From Promethearchaeati archaeon SRVP18_Atabeyarchaeia-1 (GTDB lineage: Archaea; Asgardarchaeota; Atabeyarchaeia; Atabeyarchaeales; Atabeyarchaeaceae), in the NCBI GenBank assembly GCA_037308085.1, contig CP147779.1, forward strand, positions 2,624,001 to 2,688,000: a stretch of DNA of 64,000 bases. The letters run 5' to 3'. Below are positions 1 through 9,760 of the stretch, in pieces; the stretch's first letter is position 1; every line of letters begins with the position of its first letter. A program made the translations under genes and the position numbers. The notes under the pieces were generated by a model. The model had not been told where the DNA came from, ran no database searches, and worked only from the letters and a program-made list of their open reading frames with translations.

Positions 1-608
1 GGTTCCATGACAACGTGTCTCCTCACATATCCTTTGAGAAACTAGATGAGGAAGCTGAGAACATTGAGCCTTTGTCCGGAGGACTTATCTGCGAGGCTGC
101 GATGACAGGCGAGCGAGCGCCCAGATGGGATCCATATGTTTCAGGGATGCTGATCGGGCTTACGCCCAAAACGACTAGCGCTCACATATATCGAGGCATG
201 ATGGAGGGCGTGGCTTTTCTGCTCAAGGCGATCATCGATGTCTGCCACGAACTCAAGATTCCGGTGAACGAACTTAGATCTGCAGGCGGTGGTGCGAAAA
301 GCAGGATCTGGCGGCAGATCAAGGCTGACGTTCTGGGCAGGGAAATAGTTGTCCCAGAAGATCCTTCGTCCACGCTGGGCGTTGCCATGCTTGCGTCCAT
401 TGGAGCTGGCGTTCATAGAGACATATTTGAAGCTGCGAGGAACATGGTGAAGATATCCGAAGTGACGAAGCCCGATCTTTCGAAGACTAGGATCTATGAG
501 GAGGGCTTCGATATCTGCAAGTCGTGCTACTCGGCCCTAAGGAATTCAAAGATCTATGAGAGGTTGGCTGAACTTCGAATGAGAGCACAGGATCAGCCTA
601 TCCAATAG
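1..608 (+). CDS. FGGY-family carbohydrate kinase (xylulokinase-like), C-terminal part, truncated by window edge
   Basis: GERAPRWDP, YRGMMEGVAF, GGGAKSRIWRQIKADVLG and LGVAMLA are FGGY_C motifs; frame is open to the window start. Confidence 0.9.
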   Translation, partial: FHDNVSPHISFEKLDEEAENIEPLSGGLICEAAMTGERAPRWDPYVSGMLIGLTPKTTSAHIYRGMMEGVAFLLKAIIDVCHELKIPVNELRSAGGGAKSRIWRQIKADVLGREIVVPEDPSSTLGVAMLASIGAGVHRDIFEAARNMVKISEVTKPDLSKTRIYEEGFDICKSCYSALRNSKIYERLAELRMRAQDQPIQ

Positions 609-722
609 GATGGATCGAAGTAGTCTGCACCCGATTATCGGAGAGTCCTTTTCAGTACGGTGAAACTCTGCCTAGGATTTCTTGCTAAGCCCATGCGCAC
701 ATCTTTGTCGAGGCTGAAAAGT

Positions 723-1067
723 CTACTTCGTTCCCCACTTCTCAATTGACTTCATTACGATGGGAACTTGCGTTGCAGCTGGTCCCCCGCCCATTACGAT
801 CGCCGCAGCACATGCCTCCATTATTTCCGGCCTCGTTGCGCCCGCCTCAATTGCCTGTCTGGTGTGGTGAACCATGCATGCCTCGCAGTGGGCGTAAACC
901 GATATCGCTACGCATATAAGCTCCTTGTGCTTGGCCGAGAGAGCGCCGTCCTTATGCACGGTTCCCAAGAGATTAGTGAAGGCTTCTCGTGTTTCGGGTA
1001 TCTCTTTTCTCATTTTCGCAAAGTAGGTTTCAAATTCTCTGAGGATTTCTTCAACCTGCTCGGGCAT
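723..1067 (-). CDS. Carboxymuconolactone decarboxylase/AhpD family protein
   Basis: LSAKHKELICVAIS..HCEAC..HH..AIEAGAT..EI.EA (CxxC, AhpD core); likely ATG at 1067. Confidence 0.9.
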   Translation of the reverse strand: MPEQVEEILREFETYFAKMRKEIPETREAFTNLLGTVHKDGALSAKHKELICVAISVYAHCEACMVHHTRQAIEAGATRPEIMEACAAAIVMGGGPAATQVPIVMKSIEKWGTK

Positions 1068-1167
1068 CTGTCGAACACACCCCTTGGTTCTTAAGCCCAA
1101 CATGAGGGCAACAATCGTGTTTTCATCTTGAAACGAACAACTATAATAAACTGCTTCTTCTCGAACC

Positions 1168-2031
1168 TCACTGTTCGCGCTGACTGGGGGAGATCATGAT
1201 TTCACTATGCTTCCTTTCAGCGATTTCCTTCGAGAGGAGAAGCTCAGACCCAAGCATCCTGCCGGTCCGGAGTTCTATGCCAAGGTTTTTGGCGAAGCCA
1301 ACCTTGATTGCATCCTTGACCTCCTCGAATGTAACGCTCCTGCCGAGCTCGGCTTCTATGCTGGTCACCTCTCTCCGATTACTCTTCACAAACCTTCTCT
1401 GCTGGGACAGGGAAGTGTAGGGCGGAACATCAAGGACCTCCCTAAGCCTTGACAAGTCAGAACTTATGAGAAGAGTGCCGTGGACAAACACTAGGGTCCG
1501 CTTGACGATTCCCGCAGTTCCTGAGATCTTCTTACCATTGATGTGTATGTAAGCGCCTTCCTGCTCGAACTCAGCATTCAGCCCAAGTGTTCTTAGTCCT
1601 TCAACCACCCCTCTGCACAAAGTCGGCGTGATTTGCGCTATTATCCCAGGGATGATGGGATTATCGCGCCTTACGGCGATTGAATAGTTTAGGTTGCCAC
1701 CGTCATTGTATACTGTTCCGCCGCCGGTAAATCGTCTCACGACTGTGAGAGAGTATTTTCTGCATGCCTCCTTGTTCACCTCTAACTCGGGGATCTGGAA
1801 CCTGCCAATTACAGCAACAGTGCCTGTGTTCCTCCAAAACCGGACGGTGTTGGGCGCTTCGCCAGTGCTGACCTTCTCGACTATGGCCTCCTCGATTCCC
1901 AAGTTGAGCACAGGATCGTCGCACTCGGTCTCCAGCAGTCGCCAAACCTGCCTCTTCCCAACCTCTTCACGCTTGTCCCCTCGAACAATTTGACTTCCTT
2001 TCTCTCCATGAAGTTTCAGCATGGCTACCAA
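1168..2031 (-). CDS. lplA: Lipoate-protein ligase family protein (catalytic N-terminal domain only)
   Basis: NLGIEEAI, VVRRFTGGGTVYND, NGKKISG, HGTLL motifs; directly downstream of E2. Confidence 0.9.
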   Translation of the reverse strand: MVAMLKLHGEKGSQIVRGDKREEVGKRQVWRLLETECDDPVLNLGIEEAIVEKVSTGEAPNTVRFWRNTGTVAVIGRFQIPELEVNKEACRKYSLTVVRRFTGGGTVYNDGGNLNYSIAVRRDNPIIPGIIAQITPTLCRGVVEGLRTLGLNAEFEQEGAYIHINGKKISGTAGIVKRTLVFVHGTLLISSDLSRLREVLDVPPYTSLSQQRRFVKSNRREVTSIEAELGRSVTFEEVKDAIKVGFAKNLGIELRTGRMLGSELLLSKEIAERKHSEIMISPSQREQ

Positions 2032-2086
2032 TTCAGTTCGACCTGAGTCCTCTGAACACGTTAGTCTAGATGCAGCATACCCACTA

Positions 2087-3397
2087 CTAGTATCTTAGCG
2101 CGAAGGGATCCTCGAGTATTTCCTTTACCCTCTGGAGAAACTCGGCTGCTGGCGCTCCGTCGATAACTCTGTGGTCAACTGCCAATGCCAAGAAGGCCAT
2201 GGGTTTGACCACGATCTGCCCTTTGTCGTCCACAACCGGTTTTTTGGTTATCTTGCCTACGGCGAGTATTCCGCTTTCAGGCGGGTTTATTATAGGTATG
2301 AATACGTCTACGCCATACATCCCTAAGCTTGTGACCGTGAATGTTCCACCAGACATCTGTTCGGGCGAGAGCTTTCCTTTCTGCGCGTTGTCTATCAGCA
2401 TGCTAAGTTCCGCGCTAATCTCGGCTATCGAGAGTTTGTTGGCGTTGTGGACAACTGGAACGATTAATCCGTCCTTTGCCGCAATTGCCACGCCCACATT
2501 GATCTCATCGAATGTCTTCAGTGTGCATTCGTCCAGAAGTGTCGAGTTCACGTTGGGGAATTCCTCGAGTGCCTTCGCCGTGACCTTCACAATTATGTCG
2601 GTGTACGACAACTTCGATCCAGTTCGCTTCTCGACTTCTGACATCAGTTTCTCTCTTAGCTTGACTATTTCAGACATGTCTGTTTCCATTATGATTGTTA
2701 TGTGAGGAGCGGTTCTTGCGCTATGGCACATTCTTTTGCCAATGACCCTCCTCGTGTGAGACAGAGTTGCAACGTTTTTTACTTTTCTTGAGTCGCTCGG
2801 GATGGCCGATGCTTCCGGCGAAGGTCTCACAACTGAAACTGCAGCACCTGATCCTGAGAACGAGAGTACATTTCGAGCAACTATTCTTCCATTTGGACCT
2901 GTTCCCGTTATCATTCGCAGGTCCAGATTACCCTCCCTAGCGATTCTTCTTGCAGCAGGCGAAGCTCTAACCCGCCCTGGGACCCCCCCGACATCGTGCA
3001 AGCCGCGAGGTGTATCAAGCCCTGTCGACATGGCACCTAGCGATGGTTGAGAAGGTGTCACCATTCTGGGCGGTTGACCCAGGGTTGCTGTAGCGGGCGC
3101 AATAGCGGCCACTTCTCTTCCAAGCTGGTTGAGGTAGCTTGAGATATCCTCTTTGGGCTCGCCAATCAACGCAATCACGGTGGATACGGGGACATCAGTA
3201 TTCTCGCCGTACATAACCTTAAGCAGAAGACCTGCTGCAGGGGAATCAAGATCCACTTCCATTTTCTCGCCAAACACTTTGACAACGACTTCCCCTTTCT
3301 CAACAGCATCTTTTTCCTTCTTATACCACTTGAGTATTGTTCCCTCCTTCATCCCGAGGCTGAAGGCCGGCAGAATGAGCGGTGTGACCATATGCAT
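2087..3397 (-). CDS. 2-oxoacid dehydrogenase E2 (dihydrolipoamide acyltransferase)
   Basis: Lipoyl domain, E3-binding domain (RASPAARRIA...GTGPNGRI), catalytic domain PIINPP...DHRVIDG. Confidence 0.95.
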   Translation of the reverse strand: MHMVTPLILPAFSLGMKEGTILKWYKKEKDAVEKGEVVVKVFGEKMEVDLDSPAAGLLLKVMYGENTDVPVSTVIALIGEPKEDISSYLNQLGREVAAIAPATATLGQPPRMVTPSQPSLGAMSTGLDTPRGLHDVGGVPGRVRASPAARRIAREGNLDLRMITGTGPNGRIVARNVLSFSGSGAAVSVVRPSPEASAIPSDSRKVKNVATLSHTRRVIGKRMCHSARTAPHITIIMETDMSEIVKLREKLMSEVEKRTGSKLSYTDIIVKVTAKALEEFPNVNSTLLDECTLKTFDEINVGVAIAAKDGLIVPVVHNANKLSIAEISAELSMLIDNAQKGKLSPEQMSGGTFTVTSLGMYGVDVFIPIINPPESGILAVGKITKKPVVDDKGQIVVKPMAFLALAVDHRVIDGAPAAEFLQRVKEILEDPFALRY

Positions 3398-3557
3398 CGG
3401 ATCTCCAGAGTCTCTTTCAGCTAAGCGAATACATTCACTTGCATTAAAAGATTAACTGTACGACTCGATGAGCAGAAGAACCGCTGCGTGATGATAGTTT
3501 CATTACGAGTTTGCTAAAGAGTTAAATTAACATTTCCCCTTATAGTTCAGAGAATTC

Positions 3558-4535
3558 ATGAAGGGTGTCGATATCCAAATGGGGAACGTCGTGGTGGCGC
3601 TTGGCGATGCAAATATAGATATCTGCATGATTGGCGGCGGACCTCCTCGGCCCGGGCATGAGACCCTGGTTCAAGACATGGTGATCTCGCCCGCAGGCTC
3701 CACTGGATACTTTTCAATGGCAATTTCAAAGCTTGGAGACGAGTGCCGATTCGTAGGCCGCCTTGGAGGGGACTACTTTGGCAGATATGTTCTCGACAAG
3801 ATGAAGTCATTCGGCATAACGACAAATTACGTCAGAATTGATCCCGACGTCCCGACCGGTGTCACCGTCTCGGTCGTCTCAGAGGGAGGCGAGAGAGCGC
3901 TTGTATCTTACTTAGGTCCCACTGAGCTCTTCAACATGGCTGACATTGATGAAAGGGCGTTAATGGGGGCGAGGCATCTTCATATTGGCGGCCTTCCGCT
4001 TCTAAAGGCTTTGCAGCCCTCTGTCCCAGTTCTCTTCATGAGGGCGCGGAAAGCAGGGATGACTACCTCGCTGGATACGGGATGGGATCCAAGTGGGCGT
4101 TGGGACATCAATGAGGCCCTTCAGTGGGTGGACATCTTCCTCCCAAACGAGGAAGAGGTAGAAGCCATCACGAATGAGAAAAACATCGGCCGAGCCGCAT
4201 CGAAGCTTCTTGCTAAGGGTCCGTCCACCATTGTCATTAAGCGAGGAGCTCTCGGATGTACCGTGGCCAATCGCGAGAGAAGCGTGGACGTTCCTGCCTT
4301 CAAGGTTAATCCTGTAGACACTACTGGTGCTGGAGACGCATTCGACGCGGGATTCATATTCGGCTTCCTCAGAGGGAAGCCTTTGCTGGAATGTGCAGAA
4401 TACGGGAACGCTGCAGGCGCGCTGAAAACGCTGAAGCCAGGTTGCGATGGCCTGCCAGATCTCAGATCCGTTGAGTCACTGATAGGCGGTGGCAAGATAC
4501 CAGAGCTTGGCGCAGTTAGAACGGCAAGTCGCTAG
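3558..4535 (+). CDS. PfkB-family carbohydrate kinase
   Basis: PNEEE, VIKRGALG, VDTTGAGDAFDAGF signature. Confidence 0.95.
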   Translation: MKGVDIQMGNVVVALGDANIDICMIGGGPPRPGHETLVQDMVISPAGSTGYFSMAISKLGDECRFVGRLGGDYFGRYVLDKMKSFGITTNYVRIDPDVPTGVTVSVVSEGGERALVSYLGPTELFNMADIDERALMGARHLHIGGLPLLKALQPSVPVLFMRARKAGMTTSLDTGWDPSGRWDINEALQWVDIFLPNEEEVEAITNEKNIGRAASKLLAKGPSTIVIKRGALGCTVANRERSVDVPAFKVNPVDTTGAGDAFDAGFIFGFLRGKPLLECAEYGNAAGALKTLKPGCDGLPDLRSVESLIGGGKIPELGAVRTASR

Positions 4536-4765
4536 TTACCAGTTAGTTTCTCCTGTCAAAGAGAGTAGCGCGCTCCATTTCAGAGGAGAGAATTGGTTCC
4601 AGAAGGTGTATAGGGAGCGCGATGCCTGCGTGGCAGCAATAATAACAAGGCTTTTTAGCAACAAAGCGCACATAGACTACGGTATTCGCCTAAGGGCTAT
4701 CGCGAAGTCTGTTTCCAGGCAGTGACCTGACTTGACTTTCAGATTAGTGTAGCTAGGGGAACACT

Positions 4766-5650
4766 ATGGCTAACGAGTGTCTCGCCGATTTCGTAAAGAA
4801 ACGGCGCAGGATTCGTGAAAAGAAAAAGGGAATCGAGGAAGAGATAGCCAATCAAATAAAGGGCAGCAAAGAATTTGAAGAGCTCAAGACAGCCCTCGGG
4901 GAAGGAAGCATGGAGAAGGCGAAATCGGTCCTTGCCCACTTTGCGAACTATGCTCCAAGTGACTACGTCACTAGGATATCGGTTCAGGATGTAGTATCCA
5001 AAAAAACACTGTGCAAAGTCGGGCAGGCGGTGTCCTCCTTGAAACCGGCGATAATGGAGCTTGCCCTTCCGTGCGATGGATCCTGCATACTCAAGGTTGA
5101 GGCGTCGCCGGCCGCCGATGTCGATTCCTCCTTCAGCGTTGTCTGGCTTGGCTTGGAGGCATCTGGGAAATCCAGTCTGATTGAGAGGATAAGGCAAGAC
5201 GAGTTCATCTCTCCCGCGCCCACAATAGGACTTAACGTCGCATCCTCTGTCCTCGAAGGAATCAAGATAGTGAACTGTGACCTCTCAGGACACAAATCAT
5301 TCAGAAGCATTTGGGATTCCTTGATTGTTGGCAATCCTGACATACTGGTCTATGTAATAGATGGCTCAGAACATTCCCAGCTAGATGAAGCCCAGAAATT
5401 GCTGACAGGCTATGTTCTGAATACCGAACTCTTAAAGGGCATTCCAATGCTAGTTGTACTGAGTAAGCAGGACGTCGAGGGAGCAATTAAGGGAGAACAA
5501 ATACTGGCTAATCTGAACTTGCCTCAGTTGATATGTGATCGAGAATGGAAGCTAGTTCAAGCTAGTGCGAAGACAGGCGAAGGCATTTCAGATATGTTGG
5601 GATGGATGTTTGAACAAATCAGACTGAAAAAGGGTGTGGGCTCCGCGTGA
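4766..5650 (+). CDS. Arf-family small GTPase with ~120-aa N-terminal extension
   Basis: G1 GLEASGKS, G2 PTIGLN, G3 DLSGH followed by FRSIW, G4 SKQD, G5 SAKTGEG, terminal LGWM helix typical of Arf/Arl. Confidence 0.9.
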   Translation: MANECLADFVKKRRRIREKKKGIEEEIANQIKGSKEFEELKTALGEGSMEKAKSVLAHFANYAPSDYVTRISVQDVVSKKTLCKVGQAVSSLKPAIMELALPCDGSCILKVEASPAADVDSSFSVVWLGLEASGKSSLIERIRQDEFISPAPTIGLNVASSVLEGIKIVNCDLSGHKSFRSIWDSLIVGNPDILVYVIDGSEHSQLDEAQKLLTGYVLNTELLKGIPMLVVLSKQDVEGAIKGEQILANLNLPQLICDREWKLVQASAKTGEGISDMLGWMFEQIRLKKGVGSA

Positions 5651-6081
5651 GCGTTGGAACCTTTATCGCCAAAGCAGTGGATCCAAGCAAGAAGTTATTT
5701 ACAGTTCCTTTCAATACACTTGATGAGCCAATGGAAACAGTCAAAGAGATGGCTGCAAAGGTTTTTGAGTTTACGACGTTCATATTGTCGAAGAGGTATC
5801 CGGGTCAGGATAAACCCACTTCGAATGAGGTAACGCTAGACCTACCCAAGGGTTACTATGGATACGCGATCTCATTCAGCAGCAAGTCTGGTCAGAACCT
5901 CATTCTCGGCATAGCAGTGAAGTCAGTCTCAATGGCTCTTTTCGCCTACGCAGTTGATGCATCTAGGGCCAGGATTATCGCTGTCGTTGATAGGCTCAAG
6001 GATGATCTTCCAGTTCGAGTTGGGCTCATAAGAGATCTCCATCTTACGCTGGAAAGAGAATTCGAGATATTCAAGCTCTAG
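5647..6081 (+). CDS. Hypothetical protein, predicted longin/uDENN-like fold
   Basis: 4-nt GTGA overlap with the GTPase stop; apparent b-b-a-b-b-b-a-a pattern by eye. The CDS is well supported; the fold is inference. Confidence 0.65.
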   Translation: MSVGTFIAKAVDPSKKLFTVPFNTLDEPMETVKEMAAKVFEFTTFILSKRYPGQDKPTSNEVTLDLPKGYYGYAISFSSKSGQNLILGIAVKSVSMALFAYAVDASRARIIAVVDRLKDDLPVRVGLIRDLHLTLEREFEIFKL

Positions 6082-6159
6082 ATCTCACGTACGAGAGGAT
6101 GGATCTTGGATGCAGTAGCGCGTAGTTTTCACCATTTGAATCCTAGAGAGCCCATCTAG

Positions 6160-7497
6160 CTACCAGAGATCGGCCGGGAATGTCATCACCGGTTTCTTAG
6201 GGAAGTATCTCTCAAATAGCTCAGAAATAGAACCAGCCTCCGAACCACGCAGTGAGAGCCTGACCTTCCCTCCGTTGACTGATTCCGTGAAGCCCTTTGC
6301 TCCGAAGAGCAACGACGCGAAAGACTCGTGATCTGAAAACACGACCGTGCTCCGACCCTCTTCGCCATCAGTAACGGATGCGACTCCTCCATCAACCTTC
6401 ACGGTCGCGCTTTGCCCTCCCATTATCCTTATCGTAATTGAATCTCGCGGACTTCCAAGATCCTGAGGAATCGTCTTCTTCGTCTGCGGTACGCTGGAAA
6501 AGGCAGATTCCATTACACCCTTGAGGCTAATAGTCTGGAACATGAATACTCCAGCTCCCGTTAATGGCGTGGAGCCCTTCTTGAAGAGCTTGTCATTCAG
6601 AGTATTCTCGGACGAGTAGATCATAATCGCCAACGGCTTCTGGCTGCTAATGTCTGATAACATGCGCCTTGCAAGAGGCACACCTGCCTCGCTTTCTCGA
6701 CCAGGCAGTGTTAGAACCTCGCATATATGACCAAAACCGTCACTCTTCGCTATGCAGGACATAGCGTACCCGATGATCCCGTCATCCCCTCGTTCAGCCA
6801 CCAATATGTTCCCTCGGGTGGATGCCTCTTCATAGAAGGGACACTCATAGACGAACCTCCTCCTGAATTTCGATTTCCATGTCTCCCAGTTTCTTACGAC
6901 CAGGCCATTGTATCCTCCATAATTCTTCTCATATATCCCGAGAAGCGTTCGATCATCCTTCTCATCAGACTCCCTGACCTCAACTGGCCGCTCCGACCTT
7001 TCTTCCTTAGCCTCATTACTGCCCAATATTGGCGGTGTCTTCCAGTCTCTAAATAGAAGCAAGGCAGAGTAAACATCAGTGAAACCAAGTCTGACATATA
7101 TCCTGTGCGCAGGAATCCTAGCACCCGTGAACAAAGCCGAAGAATTAAACCCCTTCTGTCTGGCGATGTCCAGAGCATGCGTTAGAAGTCTCGTCGATAT
7201 CCCTGATCCTCTATGATCTTTCAGGGTCGCGACATTAGCTATTCCAGCGACTCTCAGATCGACCCCTGCACCGACCTTCAGCCTCCTGTCGACCAGCTGG
7301 ACATGGGACACTATTCTTCCGTCTTTCTCAGCCACGAAAACAAGCTCTTTGCGGTATCCATGGTCGTACTCAAAGGTCTCCAGCCACTTGCTGCCTGAGA
7401 GACCGAAAGACTTGAAGGATCCGAAGCACTCGTTAAGAGCCGTGGCTATCTCATCCTCATCTCCCTCGCAATATGTTCTGATAACTGCGTCACTCAA
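6160..7497 (-). CDS. Eis-like GNAT acetyltransferase with tandem GNAT and C-terminal SCP2-like domain
   Basis: VAGIANVATLKDHRGSGIS acetyl-CoA motif, IYVRLGF; TTG start at 7497 after GGAGGGAG. Confidence 0.85.
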   Translation of the reverse strand: MSDAVIRTYCEGDEDEIATALNECFGSFKSFGLSGSKWLETFEYDHGYRKELVFVAEKDGRIVSHVQLVDRRLKVGAGVDLRVAGIANVATLKDHRGSGISTRLLTHALDIARQKGFNSSALFTGARIPAHRIYVRLGFTDVYSALLLFRDWKTPPILGSNEAKEERSERPVEVRESDEKDDRTLLGIYEKNYGGYNGLVVRNWETWKSKFRRRFVYECPFYEEASTRGNILVAERGDDGIIGYAMSCIAKSDGFGHICEVLTLPGRESEAGVPLARRMLSDISSQKPLAIMIYSSENTLNDKLFKKGSTPLTGAGVFMFQTISLKGVMESAFSSVPQTKKTIPQDLGSPRDSITIRIMGGQSATVKVDGGVASVTDGEEGRSTVVFSDHESFASLLFGAKGFTESVNGGKVRLSLRGSEAGSISELFERYFPKKPVMTFPADLW

Positions 7498-7627
7498 TTG
7501 TGTCAGTCTCCCTCCCTGCAAAACATGCAAGTAATGTTTTTGCAGGTCACTTAGCCCGCACTCAAGATGGCCACAGGAGCGGCTCAACAGTAAATAGGAT
7601 AAGACTTAGCTCTGCACGACTAGGTCC

Positions 7628-8620
7628 TCAGGTTACAACTTCTTTCACTGCTTGAATGATCTTCTTCTCGTCGGGTATGAAGCTACTTTCGAGTACGGGA
7701 CTGAATGGGACTGGCGTATCAGGTGCCGTCACCCTCTTTAGGGGGGCGTCGAGGTAGTCGAACGCCTCTTCGAGCACAATAGCCGCGATCTCGGCGCTGA
7801 TACCCGCCGTCTTGCAGTCTTCGCTCACTATGACGGCGCGTCCTGTCTTCTTAACCGACTCCCCTATTGTCTTTCTATCGAAGGGAACGAGTGTTCTTGG
7901 GTCAATGACTTCAGCGTTTATGCCCTGACCCGTCAGTTCCTTCGCAGCGTTAAGGGCCTTTGGAACCATGTAGAGCACTGGTATTATCGTTACATCTTTT
8001 CCCTCCTTCTTGACATCCGCCTTGCCGAAGGGAATCGTGTAGTCCTCATCAGGCACGGCGCCTTTGACCCCGTAGACCAGTTTATGCTCGGCGAAAAGCA
8101 CGGGGCTATTTCCTCTTATGGCAGTCTTCATGAGACCCTTCGCATCAGCTGGCGTCGATGCAACAACAACCTTGAGCCCAGCTGCATGCATGAACCATGA
8201 TAGATAAGTTGATGAGTGATGAGCCGCAACCTGTGTGCCGGCGCCGAACGGGGTCCTGATAACCACTGGAACACTGACCTGGCTGCCAAACATGTAGTGA
8301 ATCTTGGCAGCCTGGTTTACGATCTGATCAACAGCTAGCGCTATAAGGTCGCCAAACATGATTTCGACGACGGGTCTCATCCCAGTCATGGCCGCACCCA
8401 CTGCGGCACCTATGAATGTGTTTTCCGAGATTGGCGTATCCCGCACCCTTTCGTCTCCGAATTCATCAGCTAAGCCTTGAGTCACCTTGAACGCACCTTG
8501 CCAGTACTTGCCGATGTCTTCGCCCATGAGAAAAACGCGATTATCTCTCTTCATTTCCTCGCGGAGGGCTTCCCTGATTGCGTCTCGGACGGTTATCTCT
8601 CTCATTTCCTTGTTCACCAC
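7628..8620 (-). CDS. pdhB: 2-oxoacid (pyruvate/acetoin) dehydrogenase E1 beta subunit
   Basis: GEDIG, RVRDTPISE, GMRPVVEIMF, FDYLDAP. Confidence 0.95.
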   Translation of the reverse strand: MVNKEMREITVRDAIREALREEMKRDNRVFLMGEDIGKYWQGAFKVTQGLADEFGDERVRDTPISENTFIGAAVGAAMTGMRPVVEIMFGDLIALAVDQIVNQAAKIHYMFGSQVSVPVVIRTPFGAGTQVAAHHSSTYLSWFMHAAGLKVVVASTPADAKGLMKTAIRGNSPVLFAEHKLVYGVKGAVPDEDYTIPFGKADVKKEGKDVTIIPVLYMVPKALNAAKELTGQGINAEVIDPRTLVPFDRKTIGESVKKTGRAVIVSEDCKTAGISAEIAAIVLEEAFDYLDAPLKRVTAPDTPVPFSPVLESSFIPDEKKIIQAVKEVVT

Positions 8621-8626
8621 GAATTC

Positions 8627-9589
8627 TCAGTCCGCGTAGACGTCTTCGGTAACTGTGCTTGGATCTGGTTGTGGGGCATTCTTGGCAAAGTTGGCCGCTT
8701 CCTCAACCAGCGACTTCACTTCGTCCTCAATCTTCTTCAATTCATCTTCTTTCGCAATTCTTTCTTCCAGTAGCCGGTCCCGCATTCTCTTCACAGCGTC
8801 TCTCTTGATCCACTCATCAACCTCTTCCTTCGGTCTGTAGGTTGCCGCGTCGAATCTAGAGTGACCTTTTAGCCTGTAGGTCTTGCATTCAAGCAGTGTC
8901 GGGCCTTCGCCTTTCCTTGCTCGTTTGACGGCTTCTATTGCGCATCTGTAGACATCAAGAACGTCATTGCCATCAGCAACTGCCCCGGGGATACCGTATG
9001 CGCTCGCCCGATCTGCAACGTTGCTGACGACCATCGCAATGTTCTGGCGGGTTCCCATTGCGTAGAGGTTGTTCTCGCATACGAAGATAACTGGAAGTTT
9101 CCAGACTGATGCCAGGTTGAGCGCTTCGTGGAATGTGCCTTGGTTTGATGCTCCCTCCCCGAAGAATACTGCAACCACTTGATCAGTTTTTCTGAGCCTT
9201 ATCGAGAGCCCGGCCCCCACGGCCAGTGGCAGACCCGAGCCAACTACTCCGGTGGCGCCAAGGATGCCTTTGCTGAAGTCAGTTATGTGCATCGATCCGC
9301 CTTTACCCTTGCAGTACCCCGTTGCTTTTCCCATGAGTTCAGCCATCATTCGGTCGAGCTTTGCACCCTTTGCTACACAATGCCCGTGTCCTCGATGGGT
9401 GCTCTGAATCAAGTCGTCCTCCCGGAGAGCGGAGCATACGCCCACGGCGGTTGCCTCTTCGCCTAGGTATAGGTGGATTGTTCCTGGAATCAGGTTCTGC
9501 CCAAAAAGCTCGTAGACCTTCTCCTCGAAGAGGCGTGCTTCAACCAGTTTTCTATACATGTGCAGAAATGCGTCTTTTGTCAGCTTCAT
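8627..9589 (-). CDS. pdhA: 2-oxoacid (pyruvate/acetoin) dehydrogenase E1 alpha subunit
   Basis: STHRGHGH, GKGGSMH, TPP motif GEGA..24..ENN, TYRLKGHS; start uncertain (ORF open to 9685). Confidence 0.95.
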   Translation of the reverse strand: MKLTKDAFLHMYRKLVEARLFEEKVYELFGQNLIPGTIHLYLGEEATAVGVCSALREDDLIQSTHRGHGHCVAKGAKLDRMMAELMGKATGYCKGKGGSMHITDFSKGILGATGVVGSGLPLAVGAGLSIRLRKTDQVVAVFFGEGASNQGTFHEALNLASVWKLPVIFVCENNLYAMGTRQNIAMVVSNVADRASAYGIPGAVADGNDVLDVYRCAIEAVKRARKGEGPTLLECKTYRLKGHSRFDAATYRPKEEVDEWIKRDAVKRMRDRLLEERIAKEDELKKIEDEVKSLVEEAANFAKNAPQPDPSTVTEDVYAD

Positions 9590-9760
9590 GTCTGTTCCAT
9601 GAACCTTCACAGTCGCAGTACTCACAAGCATCCCCTCGATTGGCGTAAGTAGCTTTGCCGTTGAAGATTTGTTGTGAACCTTCACCGATAAAGCGTTCAG
9701 ACTTAAAAGTCCTTTGTTTGAGTTGGCAGATAATTCAACGATGGTTTTCGCATAGCCTAG

